A stretch of DNA of 64,000 nucleotides. It comes from an uncultured Bacteroidales bacterium (GTDB lineage: Bacteria > Bacillota_I > Bacilli_A > RFN20 > CAG-826). The notes beneath the pieces were generated by a model, which was not told where the DNA came from, searched no databases, and saw only the letters and a list, made by a program, of their open reading frames with translations. The stretch is taken from the NCBI GenBank assembly GCA_963650805.1, contig CAVJMG010000004.1, positions 44,155 through 108,154 on the forward strand, read 5' to 3'. A program made the translations under genes and the position numbers. Of this stretch, positions 36,712-46,345 are shown in pieces (position 1 is the stretch's first letter; each line of letters opens with the position of its first letter).

Positions 36712-39171
36712 ATGCATATGATTGAAAAGAGATATTTGGACGACTGGACGCTGCGGCGTGGAGAGACCCTCCTTAAAGCTAGCGTCCCCGGCGACATCAC
36801 GATGGACCATTACCGCGCGGGCTTGGTGCAAAATCCCTACGTTAGGGAAAATTATAAAGACGCCGAATGGATCGGCCATGAGGATTTCACTTACGAGACT
36901 TCCTTCGACGTTTCCCGAGAAGAATTATCAGAGGGCTCTAACGAACTCATTTTCGACGGCATCGACCTCTTTTCCGATGTTTTTCTTAACGGAACCCATC
37001 TTGGCTATACGAAAAACGCTTTCCTCCAGTATCGCTTTCAGGTGAATGGAATCTTGAAGGAGAAGGGAAATGTCTTGCGGGTGAAGATGCATAGCACCCT
37101 TGAAAAGGCGAGCCAAATCAGCGTTGATGGATACGCCGCTACGTTTAATATCCCTCGCATCTTCCTCAGAAAGCCCCAATGTCATTTTGGTTGGGATTGG
37201 GCTCCGAAAATCTGCGCTTACGGCATCACGGGCAAGGTCTATTTGGAGAGCAAAAACACGTATCACATCAGCGACGTCCATTACAAATCCGACGACAAAG
37301 GCAACCTCAATTTTTTTGTCGAGGTGAATTACACGACCCAAGACGTCACCGACATCGATTGCAACATCCTTGAAAAAGGAACGCCGAATGACGAAGACAA
37401 AATTATCGTCAAATTAGAAGATAGGCCCGGGTCTAAAGTTTTTCAGGAATATAAAGTCCCTTATACGGGAAAAAAGAATTTCCTTTCGCTCACTTATGAT
37501 TTTCCCAAGCTTTGGTGGCCTAGAGGATATGGCAAGCAACCTCTTTACCGCTATGTCGTCGAACTTTATCGAGGCGGGAAGAAAATCGATGAAAAGGAGG
37601 GGAGGTTTGCCTTTCGCAGCGTCTCCGTTATGGAAGTCGGCAAACCAAACGGGACAATCGGCTTCGATTTTCTGATAAACGGCAAAAAGATTTACCTCAA
37701 GGGAAGCAACTGGGTGCCTCCAGAGTGCTTTACCGGGGAGATGAAAGACGATAAATATCGAGACCTTTTGCTTTTGGCTAAGAACGCCAATCTCAACATT
37801 CTCCGGGTTTGGGGCGGGGGCAATTACGAAAGCGACTTGTTCTATGACCTTTGCGACGAATATGGGCTCATGGTTTGGCAAGACATTTGCCTTGCTTGCG
37901 GAGACATCCCCGAAGACGATAAAGAATTTGTCGATAACCTTATCGAAGAAGTGACCTATCAAGTTAAGCGCTTGCGCAACCACCCTTCCCTTATTTATTG
38001 GTGCGGCGGGAACGAAAAAACGGGAAGCTATGGCAATTTGATTACCCATGGGGACTTCTTGGTCAATTGCATTCTCTACGGGGTCATCTACGACCTTGAT
38101 GACACCCGTCCCTATAGGAGGCAATCCCCCCATAGCTATACGGATATCGGGAACGATTGGACGAGCGGAGACAGCCACGCGGGGTCTTTTGAGCTCGCTT
38201 TGGTGAAGGGCATGGAGGATTATCGGAGCTTAGTCGCTTCTAAAACCGTCCCCTTTGTAAGCGAATGCGCGGTGATGGGCCCTTCTAGTGTTGAGACCCT
38301 TGGCAAAATCTTCGGGCCCGAGCACCTTTGGCCGATGGACGAGATGTGGAAGGATCGCTTGATGGACAACCCCTATTCGGCCATCAAAATGGATTTCCCC
38401 CATCGCGAGCTTTATTACGCAGAGAGCCTTTATGGGAAAACTAACGGAATCGAGGATTTCGTGAAGAAAGGCATGCTGATTCACGCCGAAGCGTTGAAAT
38501 GCGAAGCCGAATACTCCCGTTCTCAGCGTGCGAATACCGGGGCCTTCCTCAATTGGATGTTCGACGACATTTGGCCTAGCGCCACCTGGGCCATAATCGA
38601 TTATTACCTTGAGCCGAAAGAAGCTTACTATGCTTTGAAGCGCTCCTTCGCTGATACTTTGGCTAGTTTCTATCAAGACGGTAGTGGAATCACCCATTTC
38701 TTTTTCAGCAACTCATCGAATAAGCGTTATACGGGCTCGGTTACTTACGGGATGAGAAAGGCAAACGGCGAAACATTGTTTCAAGATACCGTTTTCCTCG
38801 AAAAACAAGGCGACCACCCCATCGACATTTGCCTCCCCAAAACGCATTACGAAAAAGACGTCTATTTCTTCGCTTCTTTTGAGAAGAACGGCAAAACCGT
38901 TAAGACCTTCTATTCGCCTTCTTTTTGGAAGGATTTTCCGGCGAGCCATGACTTCACTTATTCATTTAGAAAAATCAATCGCATCCGCGCGGAAATTACG
39001 GTCAGGGCCAATGGCTTCCTTAAATCCCTTTTTATCCACTTCAAAGACAACTTCAAGTACATCTACGAAGACAATTACATCGATCTTGAAAAGGGCGAGG
39101 AGAGAACGATCTCCATTAAAGCCAAAGAACCTGCGGGTTTTGATGATTTAAAGTTCGAATCCTTCCAATAA
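36712..39171 (+). CDS. Glycoside hydrolase family 2, beta-mannosidase / exo-glucosaminidase-like. No signal peptide.
   Basis: GH2 blocks WDWAPK, NILRVWGGG, MVWQDI, WCGGNE (acid/base region) and PFVSECAVMG (nucleophile region). 819 aa. Confidence 0.75.
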   Translation: MHMIEKRYLDDWTLRRGETLLKASVPGDITMDHYRAGLVQNPYVRENYKDAEWIGHEDFTYETSFDVSREELSEGSNELIFDGIDLFSDVFLNGTHLGYTKNAFLQYRFQVNGILKEKGNVLRVKMHSTLEKASQISVDGYAATFNIPRIFLRKPQCHFGWDWAPKICAYGITGKVYLESKNTYHISDVHYKSDDKGNLNFFVEVNYTTQDVTDIDCNILEKGTPNDEDKIIVKLEDRPGSKVFQEYKVPYTGKKNFLSLTYDFPKLWWPRGYGKQPLYRYVVELYRGGKKIDEKEGRFAFRSVSVMEVGKPNGTIGFDFLINGKKIYLKGSNWVPPECFTGEMKDDKYRDLLLLAKNANLNILRVWGGGNYESDLFYDLCDEYGLMVWQDICLACGDIPEDDKEFVDNLIEEVTYQVKRLRNHPSLIYWCGGNEKTGSYGNLITHGDFLVNCILYGVIYDLDDTRPYRRQSPHSYTDIGNDWTSGDSHAGSFELALVKGMEDYRSLVASKTVPFVSECAVMGPSSVETLGKIFGPEHLWPMDEMWKDRLMDNPYSAIKMDFPHRELYYAESLYGKTNGIEDFVKKGMLIHAEALKCEAEYSRSQRANTGAFLNWMFDDIWPSATWAIIDYYLEPKEAYYALKRSFADTLASFYQDGSGITHFFFSNSSNKRYTGSVTYGMRKANGETLFQDTVFLEKQGDHPIDICLPKTHYEKDVYFFASFEKNGKTVKTFYSPSFWKDFPASHDFTYSFRKINRIRAEITVRANGFLKSLFIHFKDNFKYIYEDNYIDLEKGEERTISIKAKEPAGFDDLKFESFQ

Positions 39172-39382
39172 GTAAACAAAACAGCTCGGTTTTGCGGGTT
39201 TATTCCTCGCAGAATTGAGCTTTTTGATAAATTCATTGCCCCTTGGCTCGACCTAGATATCCCCCCTCGTCTAAGCGCCCCTAAAGGTTTTGGGTTCACT
39301 TATAAGCGGTTTTTCGCCAAACCTAAGCCCCTTTGCTTGCTCTTTGGGCGAATTGGCTTGAAGATAAGCGCGGGAAAAAGAA

Positions 39383-40120
39383 ATGCCTAACGTTGAAATA
39401 CAGCAACTTCAGGTCTGCTACCGCAACAAGAAGACCAAAAAGGAAAATATTGCCCTCAAAGGGATTTCCTGCTCTTTGAAAGAGGGTTCTTTCAACGTTC
39501 TTTTAGGGCCTTCGGGATCCGGGAAGACCACCTTATTGAAGGCCATCGCCGGAATTATCGATTTCGATGGCGACATTTTGGCTGATGGTAATTCCATTAA
39601 GGGGGTTCCTTCTTCCCTCCGCCAACTGGCTTACGTGAGCCAAGAATACGTTCTTTATCCCCATATGACCGTTTTTGACAATATCGCCTTCCCTTTGAAA
39701 GCGGTTGGGTCGAGCAAAGAGGAGATTGTCGAACTTGTCAAATCCGTTTCCGAGAAACTTGATTTGAGGCCCCTTTGGAGCAGAAAGCCCAAAGAACTTT
39801 CCGGCGGCCAGCAGCAGCGCGTTGCTTTGGCCAGGGCGATGGTAAAGAATCCTTCCATTTATCTTTTCGATGAGCCTTTGTCCAATCTCTCTAACGACAT
39901 GAGGGAGCGCGAGAGGATCTTCATTAAATCCGTCGCGAAAGAGTATGGCTCGCTTGCGGTTTATTCGACCCATTCCGTGAAAGAAGCTTTTGCGTTGGCC
40001 GACAACGTTCTCGTATTGAACGAGGGTGCTCTTATATTTAATGGCAATCAAGAAGAGTTCCGCCGAAGCGGAAACGCGATAATTAGGGACATGATCAATG
40101 CAGAAGGGTGCTGTTTATAA
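39383..40120 (+). CDS. ABC transporter ATP-binding protein, MalK/PotA-like short form. Paralogous cassette copy B.
   Basis: Walker A GPSGSGKTT. Q-loop YVSQEYVLYPHMT. Signature LSGGQQQRVALARA. Walker B IYLFDEPLSNL. H-loop YSTHS. Confidence 0.85.
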   Translation: MPNVEIQQLQVCYRNKKTKKENIALKGISCSLKEGSFNVLLGPSGSGKTTLLKAIAGIIDFDGDILADGNSIKGVPSSLRQLAYVSQEYVLYPHMTVFDNIAFPLKAVGSSKEEIVELVKSVSEKLDLRPLWSRKPKELSGGQQQRVALARAMVKNPSIYLFDEPLSNLSNDMRERERIFIKSVAKEYGSLAVYSTHSVKEAFALADNVLVLNEGALIFNGNQEEFRRSGNAIIRDMINAEGCCL

Positions 40121-40592
40121 CGAAGAGTTCGCCAAAAGATTAGGGAGAGAATTCGTTCTTTCTCTTGTTTTCATTTTGTCTTTCTTAACGTTGATGGTTG
40201 CCTTCCCTTTTCTTGCGTGCCGCCTCCTCAACGATTCGAATTTTGGCTGGATATCTGCCGCTCTATCCATTGTCATGGTTCTTCTTTCTTGGGGGATAAT
40301 CTATGCTTCTACCGCCCATCTCGCCCCTTCGTTGGCGCGCAAGAAATTGCTTAAGCGCCTTGAAAGCGCCAAAGGAAGCTTTTATCGTGGGGAAATTCTC
40401 TCCTGCGATAAAAAGCGCACCCCAGTACGCTTTATTTCATCTTATTTGATAACTATGAAGACTCTTGAGGGGCAAAAGAGCTTTTACTTCGACGAAGTAT
40501 TCGGCGAGCCTCCTTTTAAACAAGGCGAATTGGTGAACGTTGTTGTTAAAATGAACTTCCTTTATGAGATAAAGGAGGACGACCATGAATAG
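40098..40592 (+). CDS. Small 2-TM membrane protein with a soluble C-domain. Paralog of 6907-7395.
   Basis: Start overlaps the ATPase 3' end. TM helices FVLSLVFILSFLTLMVAFPFLA and ISAALSIVMVLLSWGIIYA. The C-terminal acidic tail is similar to its paralog. Confidence 0.5.
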   Translation: MQKGAVYNEEFAKRLGREFVLSLVFILSFLTLMVAFPFLACRLLNDSNFGWISAALSIVMVLLSWGIIYASTAHLAPSLARKKLLKRLESAKGSFYRGEILSCDKKRTPVRFISSYLITMKTLEGQKSFYFDEVFGEPPFKQGELVNVVVKMNFLYEIKEDDHE

Positions 40593-41175
40593 GATTTTTG
40601 CCAAAATCAAGTCGTGGTGGTACCTCTATCTCATCGCGCTGGTCGCTTTGCCTCTTGGGACTTGCTATCTCACTTATCTTGTAAATCTTCCCCGAAATGA
40701 AGAGACGATCACCTTGTTCATCGCTTCCTGCCAAAGCTCTACCAAAGGGCTTTACGAAGAGCTTATGAAGAATAGGCCCGATTACCTGAGGGAAATCAAC
40801 ATTCGCTCCTACGTTTACTATGAGGATACCTTTTCGACCTATTATTCTTATTTCGGGAGGGGAGACGCGGATATCGTCATTCTCCCAGAAAGCAAAATCG
40901 CATCCGCCTCAGTGACCTCATATTACAAAAAATGGTCCGAGGATATGATCGACTCCTCTTCCGCGTATTATTCCGTGGAATCCGGACTGGACGTGTATGG
41001 GAAATTGATTCATAAGAAAGGTGAAGACAATTCCTATATTTCGTATAAAGACGACGAGCACGACGAGAATTACTATCTCTTTTACGGGAAGAACTCTCTT
41101 CATTTGGGCCCTTTGTCTAATTCGAAATGGAATACGGCGTTGCTATTTGCAAAAATACTTGAGGGCAAAGAATGA
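40585..41175 (+). CDS. Single-TM anchored protein. Paralog of 7388-7948.
   Basis: RBS AAGGAGG. TM WWYLYLIALVALPLGTCYLTYL. Shared motifs with the paralog (ETITLF / DADIVILPE). Confidence 0.5.
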   Translation: MNRIFAKIKSWWYLYLIALVALPLGTCYLTYLVNLPRNEETITLFIASCQSSTKGLYEELMKNRPDYLREINIRSYVYYEDTFSTYYSYFGRGDADIVILPESKIASASVTSYYKKWSEDMIDSSSAYYSVESGLDVYGKLIHKKGEDNSYISYKDDEHDENYYLFYGKNSLHLGPLSNSKWNTALLFAKILEGKE

Positions 41176-42026
41176 AAAAGAAAGCCAAGGTCAATGACTA
41201 CGAAGTAAAAAGCCTTCCCGCGACTCGCAAAGAGCAATTTTTCGATATCCTTCGGCACCGTTACTTTTTGCTTCTTGGGCTCGGCGCCATTTTCTTGGTG
41301 TTTGCTCTCCCTCTTTTAGGCGGCCTGGCCTATAGGGATTTCTCTTTGCTTGGCTTAGAATCTTCGGAACTTTCTTCAAATGAGAAAGAAACCCTCCGTT
41401 TCGGCGTGGAAATCATTTTTTCGTTAATCTTTTTCGCTTCCTTGCTCGTTCTTTCCGTCGGTCTTTCAGGCATCAGCAAGGTGCTCCGCCAACTGCTTTA
41501 CGATGAACCGGTTTTCCTCAAGGAGGATTTCTTCTCGGGGATAAAGGAGAACTTCAAGCAGTACTTTTTGTTCTCCCTCATCCTTGCTTTGTTTTGGTTA
41601 GCGGCTCATTTGCTTTCCTATTTCGCTTCGAACTGGATTCTTAGAGGAATCTTCTATGGAATAAACATCGCGCTTGTTTTCCCACCGATTTACGTTGCTT
41701 TCTTTTTGTCGAGCTGCTATTCGAATTCCTTGGGTAAAAACATTCAAGTAGGGGTGTCGCTTTATTTGAAAGCCTTCCCTTCAATTTTTCTTACTTTTAT
41801 TTCTCTTTACGCCTTGGCGTTTTTAAATTACGTACCCATCCCTATTTTGAAATACGTCCTTTTGGTTTTGCTCTTCCTTTGCTACGTCCCTTTGTCTCTG
41901 CTTTTTGGGTATTGCAACCAAATCCGCCTTTACGATGAACTTATTAACAAGGAACAATTTCCGTCCAATTACCATAAGGGCCTTGCGGATTCCTATCAAA
42001 ACGCGTCGAAAGACGCTACAGAATAA
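41172..42026 (+). CDS. Polytopic membrane protein. Paralog of 7938-8795.
   Basis: ATGA overlap with the upstream gene. N-terminal TRKEQFFDILRHRYFLLLGLGAIFLVFALPLLGG. About 6 TM helices. Confidence 0.55.
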   Translation: MKKKAKVNDYEVKSLPATRKEQFFDILRHRYFLLLGLGAIFLVFALPLLGGLAYRDFSLLGLESSELSSNEKETLRFGVEIIFSLIFFASLLVLSVGLSGISKVLRQLLYDEPVFLKEDFFSGIKENFKQYFLFSLILALFWLAAHLLSYFASNWILRGIFYGINIALVFPPIYVAFFLSSCYSNSLGKNIQVGVSLYLKAFPSIFLTFISLYALAFLNYVPIPILKYVLLVLLFLCYVPLSLLFGYCNQIRLYDELINKEQFPSNYHKGLADSYQNASKDATE

Positions 42027-42045
42027 ACGGGTATTTGTCTCTTCC

Positions 42046-43338
42046 TTAATTTCGCAAGGATCCAATAGGGATGACGATAACGCCGTCTTCACGCCTATAT
42101 CCGTACTCCGTGCCCGTTATTATCAATTTCAAATCCGGTTTCCTTAAAGGGCATTGTTTCTCTTTTTTGTTGTATTCTTTTATCAAGCGTTCAATTTCGC
42201 ACAAATGCTTTGCTCCTTTGTCTACTTCGTATTCTCCTAATTTGAATTCAATTAAAGCATATCGTCCGTCCTCTAGATGAAGTACGGCATCGGCTTCTAA
42301 TCCATACCTATCGTGGTAATAAGAAACGACACCGCCTTTTTCTTGGGAGTATATTTTCAGATCTCTTATGCACAAAGACTCAAACAGGAATCCTAAGGTT
42401 TTGAAGTCTTTGTAAAAATATTCAGGAGATAGACCTAGAGCCGCAACGGCGAGAGAGGGATCCACGAAATTCCTCTTTTTGCCAGTTCTGATATTGGATT
42501 TGCTCCTAATCGCCGGAGACCAGGGCTCGATGTCTTCAGTGATATAGAGCTTCTCGAGCGCGTTTATATAATCGTAGAATGTCGTTTTTGAGATGTCGTA
42601 ATTGCTTTTGACGTCGTCATAGATTGTTTTTGTGCTGCTGAGTGTGCAAATGTTTCTGGCATAAGACAGCAGAATCGTTCTTACCCATGTTGGATTTCTT
42701 GTTTTGTGGTCTAGCTGTGAAACGTCTCTTGAATAGGTTTGCTTAAATAGGTCTTTTGCAATCAACTGCTGTTGGTTTACATTTCCGTCGAAAAGCAAGC
42801 ATCGTGGCCATCCACCTACGCAGATGGCGTTGATGATATCTTCTATGGTCATTTTTGATTTGCATCCGGAAAATGAATTGGGCGAGTCGAATAGTTCCAT
42901 CAAACTGACTTCGCCCGTTGATTTGCCCATTTCGAACAAACTCATTGGGTTCATTCTCACCGTTGCTATTCTTAACGTTCCGGTGTGCGGCGTCGCCACT
43001 TGCGCCGAGGTGGAGCCGGTTAAATAGAATGAGCCAACGTCAGCCGGATTGTCATCACAGTTTTTACGAATTGTGCCCCAGATTTTGGGCGCATCTTGCC
43101 ACTCGTCAAACAAAATAGGTTTTGGGTTTTTCAATAATTGCGACGGGGAAATGGATGCAATAGCGAGGAGATTGTCCCTTTGCTCTTCGTCTTGAAACTC
43201 GATTACGGTTTTCGCCCTTTGTTTTGCCGTTGTTGTTTTGCCGCACCCTTTTGGCCCGAAGATACAAACGGCATTATAGACTTTCGTTATCTCGTCTAAA
43301 GCCTTATCTATTACTCTGTTTTTATATCCGTAAGTCAT
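42046..43338 (-). CDS. AAA+ ATPase with a DUF4143-like C-terminal domain (paralog of 25979-27289).
   Basis: Walker A GPKGCGKT. ILFDEWQDAP. Start set at the MTYGYKNRV ATG (RBS gagg). The track start at 43410 adds 24 residues and runs into the upstream repeats. Confidence 0.75.
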   Translation of the reverse strand: MTYGYKNRVIDKALDEITKVYNAVCIFGPKGCGKTTTAKQRAKTVIEFQDEEQRDNLLAIASISPSQLLKNPKPILFDEWQDAPKIWGTIRKNCDDNPADVGSFYLTGSTSAQVATPHTGTLRIATVRMNPMSLFEMGKSTGEVSLMELFDSPNSFSGCKSKMTIEDIINAICVGGWPRCLLFDGNVNQQQLIAKDLFKQTYSRDVSQLDHKTRNPTWVRTILLSYARNICTLSSTKTIYDDVKSNYDISKTTFYDYINALEKLYITEDIEPWSPAIRSKSNIRTGKKRNFVDPSLAVAALGLSPEYFYKDFKTLGFLFESLCIRDLKIYSQEKGGVVSYYHDRYGLEADAVLHLEDGRYALIEFKLGEYEVDKGAKHLCEIERLIKEYNKKEKQCPLRKPDLKLIITGTEYGYRREDGVIVIPIGSLRN

Positions 43339-43398
43339 ATTTAAGAACCTCAAATCTATTGCTGTCTTCTTTTTCGATGCAGTTAAATAAAATTGCAA

Positions 43399-43472
43399 TA
43401 AAACGGACACTTTCGTTGTAAATAAGTGAAGAACTTCGTGGTAACAAAACGAACACTTTCGTGATGAAATTA
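43399..43472 (-). promoter_or_regulatory. Three direct repeats of about 23-24 bp (ACACTTTCGTTGTAAA / AACTTCGTGGTAAC / ACACTTTCGTGATGAAA) upstream of the DUF4143 ATPase gene.
   Basis: AAAACGGACACTTTCGTTGTAAA and AAAACGAACACTTTCGTGATGAAA are near-identical, with a degenerate copy between them. Confidence 0.35.
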
Positions 43473-43642
43473 TGCGTATTCGTAAAATGCCTTTTGAAGG
43501 TTTACTAACGCCTTGCCTTTTTAATAGCCTCTAGGAGACCAGGCTACTTAAAAAATAGGTTTCAACGAAAGCCCTTGGGCCCAATAAGGAAGCTTTTTTG
43601 AGTAACTTTTCGTTAAAAGAATTTTTATACGTAAAAATCTAA

Positions 43643-43662
43643 CCGAAAAGAAAGCGCTACGA
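43643..43662. promoter_or_regulatory. Second copy of the CCGAAAAGAAAGCGCTACGA motif, about 65 bp upstream of the guaB start.
   Basis: Identical to 35663-35682. Confidence 0.3.
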
Positions 43663-43726
43663 TGAAAAACTGGCCGGAACGATGATATTATTTATTAATA
43701 TAAAATCCTGTTTTCGGAGGGCAAAT

Positions 43727-44860
43727 ATGAAACTGGAAAACGTTCGCCTTGGTCTAACCTACGATGATCTTCTTTTGATTCCGCAAAAATCCGAAGTCGT
43801 GCCTGCGGAGGTGAGCCTCGGCGCTTATTTGACTCCGAAGATTCGCCTCAATGTGCCTATAGTCTCCGCGGCCATGGACACCGTGACAGAGCATGAGCTC
43901 GCCATCGCCCTCGCCCGCGTCGGCGGAATTGGCATGATCCATAAGAACATGTCCATTGAAAGCCAGGCTGAGGAAGTGGCGTTGGTGAAGAAGGCCCCAA
44001 TTGGTGAAAATCCCAATGCAGTCACTGATGAAAGGGGGAGACTCCTTTGCGGCGCGGCGGTTGGTGTCGGCGCCAACACGCTAGAAAGGGTTGAGGCATT
44101 GCTTAAGGCTGGGGCTGACGTCATAACGGTTGATTCCGCCCATGGCCATTCAGCGAACATCCTCAAAGTCGTAAGAATGCTCCGACAAGCTTTTCCCGAA
44201 CTTCAACTTGTCGCGGGCAACATCGTTACCGAAGAGGCCGCTGAAGACTTGATCGAAGCAGGGGCTAACGCTGTCAAGGTTGGCATTGGCCCTGGTTCGA
44301 TTTGCACGACCCGCGTTGTTTCTGGCGTGGGCATGCCTCAAGCTAGCGCGGTGGATGAGGTTGCTTCCTATTGCAAAGGCAAAGGGGTGTGCGTCATCGC
44401 CGATGGCGGGCTTAAATATTCCGGCGATATCGTCAAGGCTCTTGCCTTGGGCGCGGATACCGTTATGCTTGGCTCTCTTTTAGCCGGGACCAAAGAGGCC
44501 CCTGGCGAGGTGAAAGAGGTCAATGGAAAGAAATTCAAAACCTATGTTGGGATGGGCTCGCTCGCGGCTATGAAAAGAGGCTCTGCCGATCGCTATTTCC
44601 AAAAAACAACGACTGCCGTTGAAAAGCTTGTTCCTGAGGGCATCGAAGCCCGCGTGCCGTATTCTGGAACGGTCGAGGAAAACGTCTATCAACTTTGCGG
44701 AGGTCTCCGCAGCGGGATGGGCTATTGTGGCGCTAAGGATTTGATGGCCTTGAGAGAAAATGCCCACTTCGTTCAAATCACCAACGCCGGCTTAAGGGAG
44801 TCCCATCCCCACGATGTCGACATGACGGTGGCTGCCCCGAATTACAAGCACGGCGAATAA
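43727..44860 (+). CDS. guaB: Inosine-5'-monophosphate dehydrogenase lacking the CBS (Bateman) subdomain (377 aa).
   Basis: IMPDH blocks [28 protein letters not shown], catalytic-Cys loop [11 protein letters not shown], and flap GSADRYFQ (which distinguishes IMPDH from GMP reductase). The roughly 120-aa CBS pair is replaced by a short linker [17 protein letters not shown]. Start set at the MKLENV ATG (RBS ggaggg). The track start is 43682. Confidence 0.9.
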   Translation: MKLENVRLGLTYDDLLLIPQKSEVVPAEVSLGAYLTPKIRLNVPIVSAAMDTVTEHELAIALARVGGIGMIHKNMSIESQAEEVALVKKAPIGENPNAVTDERGRLLCGAAVGVGANTLERVEALLKAGADVITVDSAHGHSANILKVVRMLRQAFPELQLVAGNIVTEEAAEDLIEAGANAVKVGIGPGSICTTRVVSGVGMPQASAVDEVASYCKGKGVCVIADGGLKYSGDIVKALALGADTVMLGSLLAGTKEAPGEVKEVNGKKFKTYVGMGSLAAMKRGSADRYFQKTTTAVEKLVPEGIEARVPYSGTVEENVYQLCGGLRSGMGYCGAKDLMALRENAHFVQITNAGLRESHPHDVDMTVAAPNYKHGE

Positions 44861-44876
44861 TCGTTCTTTCAAAATC

Positions 44877-44908
44877 AAAAACGCAGAAATCCTGCGTTTT
44901 TATTTTAT
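44877..44908 (+). terminator. Intrinsic terminator after guaB.
   Basis: AAACGCAG-aaatc-CTGCGTTT followed by TTATTTT. Confidence 0.7.
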
Positions 44909-45000
44909 ATCCAATAAAATAGTGAGGATTTGTGCGGTTTTTGCAATGCTGTTTTGCATTGCTTTCTTTGATGGCCGTGCGCCTTATTGATCTATTATCT

Positions 45001-45092
45001 AAATGACCAAAAATTTTCAAAATGACCAAAACATATGATGAATGACCAAAGACTATAGTAAATGACCAAAAATTATTGATTTGATCAAAAAT
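45001..45092 (+). promoter_or_regulatory. Five iteron-like direct repeats (AATGACCAAA) at 19-20-bp spacing, directly upstream of the ATPase-HTH gene.
   Basis: ATGACCAAA at about 45003, 45022, 45042 and 45062. Degenerate TGATCAAAA at about 45082. Preceded by the inverted repeat GCAATGC-N6-GCATTGC. Confidence 0.5.
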
Positions 45093-45129
45093 CCATTTTA
45101 TATTGTGACTGCTGGAGGAAATAAGAAGA

Positions 45130-46170
45130 ATGGATAACCCTTTCAATGCAACATTTGGCGAATTGCCCCAAAGCTTTGTTTCCCGGGAGAAAGATATCGC
45201 CACGATTCGAACGGCGTTTGGCGGAGACAATCCCGAATCTAAGGTTTATGTTATTTCAGGGGCTAGAGGCAGTGGGAAAACCGTCTTGCTTACAGCGCTA
45301 ACCAACTTGTTTAAAGATGATGGCTATATTTGCGTTGACCTTAATCCTTATGAAGATTTGAACGAACAATTTGCTTCAAAACTGTATGAAGGCGGAAGGC
45401 TGAGGAAGCTATTCCTACACCCCGAGTTTTCCTTTTCTTTTAAAGGCGTCTCCTTAACCGTCAGCGGGGACACCGAGATTAGCAACGTCTACACCTTCAT
45501 AGAAAAAATGCTCTCGTATCTTAAAAAGAAGAAAAAAAGGGTTTTGATAACCATCGATGATGTTTCCAACAACGACTGTGTCAAAAGCTTTATTTTTTCG
45601 TTTCAACAGATGATAAGAAGTGGGTATGACGTATTTCTGCTTGTTACTGGTCTCTATGAAAACGTCTCGGAATTGGAGAGAAACAAAAGCCTTACCTTCT
45701 TCTTGCGGGCGCCAAAGCTCAATCTGGAGCCTTTAAATCTTTTTGAAATCGTCTCGCTTTACAAAAGCCTTCTGAGTTTGGGGGAATCCGACGCCATCAA
45801 AGCCGCGAAATTGACGAAAGGATATGCTTATGCCTACCAGCTCATGGGCTCGCTGATTTATACGAATGGCATTAAGCCCGATATTCTTGACGAATATGAC
45901 AAAAGGCTGATTCAAAACTCTTATTCGTTAACCTGGGAAAAGCTCACCCGCAAAGAAAAAGAATTTCTCTACGCCCTGGCTGATAGCACGTCTCAAAAAG
46001 ACATAACCAAGGCCCTTAATATGAGCAACGGCAATTATCAAACCTACAAGAAAAGGCTCGCTGATAGGGGACTTATCTTGGCCAAGGAAAGGGGCAAAGT
46101 CGATTTTGCTTTACCTAGGTTTAAAGAATTCGTAAGGCTTGAAAAGGCTTTATCCGACGACGAAGAATGA
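45130..46170 (+). CDS. P-loop ATPase with a C-terminal helix-turn-helix (LuxR/wHTH-like). Likely a sequence-specific DNA-binding ATPase.
   Basis: Walker A GARGSGKT. Walker B VLITIDDV. C-terminal LTRKEKEFLYALADSTSQKDITKALNMSNGNYQTYKKRLADRGLI. Confidence 0.6.
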   Translation: MDNPFNATFGELPQSFVSREKDIATIRTAFGGDNPESKVYVISGARGSGKTVLLTALTNLFKDDGYICVDLNPYEDLNEQFASKLYEGGRLRKLFLHPEFSFSFKGVSLTVSGDTEISNVYTFIEKMLSYLKKKKKRVLITIDDVSNNDCVKSFIFSFQQMIRSGYDVFLLVTGLYENVSELERNKSLTFFLRAPKLNLEPLNLFEIVSLYKSLLSLGESDAIKAAKLTKGYAYAYQLMGSLIYTNGIKPDILDEYDKRLIQNSYSLTWEKLTRKEKEFLYALADSTSQKDITKALNMSNGNYQTYKKRLADRGLILAKERGKVDFALPRFKEFVRLEKALSDDEE

Positions 46171-46345
46171 TGCCTTCGCGTTGTATCGGACCTTTCCGTT
46201 GGGCGAAAATCTTCTCAAAAAAACATTAGAAAAAAATTTTGAAAGTCGATAGACTCCCCGTGTTGCGAATTTTGTACAACTTCTGTAACGAGAGTGAGGG
46301 CAGTTTCACTTAGGTAGCAATGATAGCTGGCTAGGAGGAATTTAT

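Noticed and set aside
37414-38178. 254-aa minus-strand ORF
   Set aside because: Antisense within the GH2 gene, whose family motifs are contiguous on the plus strand. Spurious.
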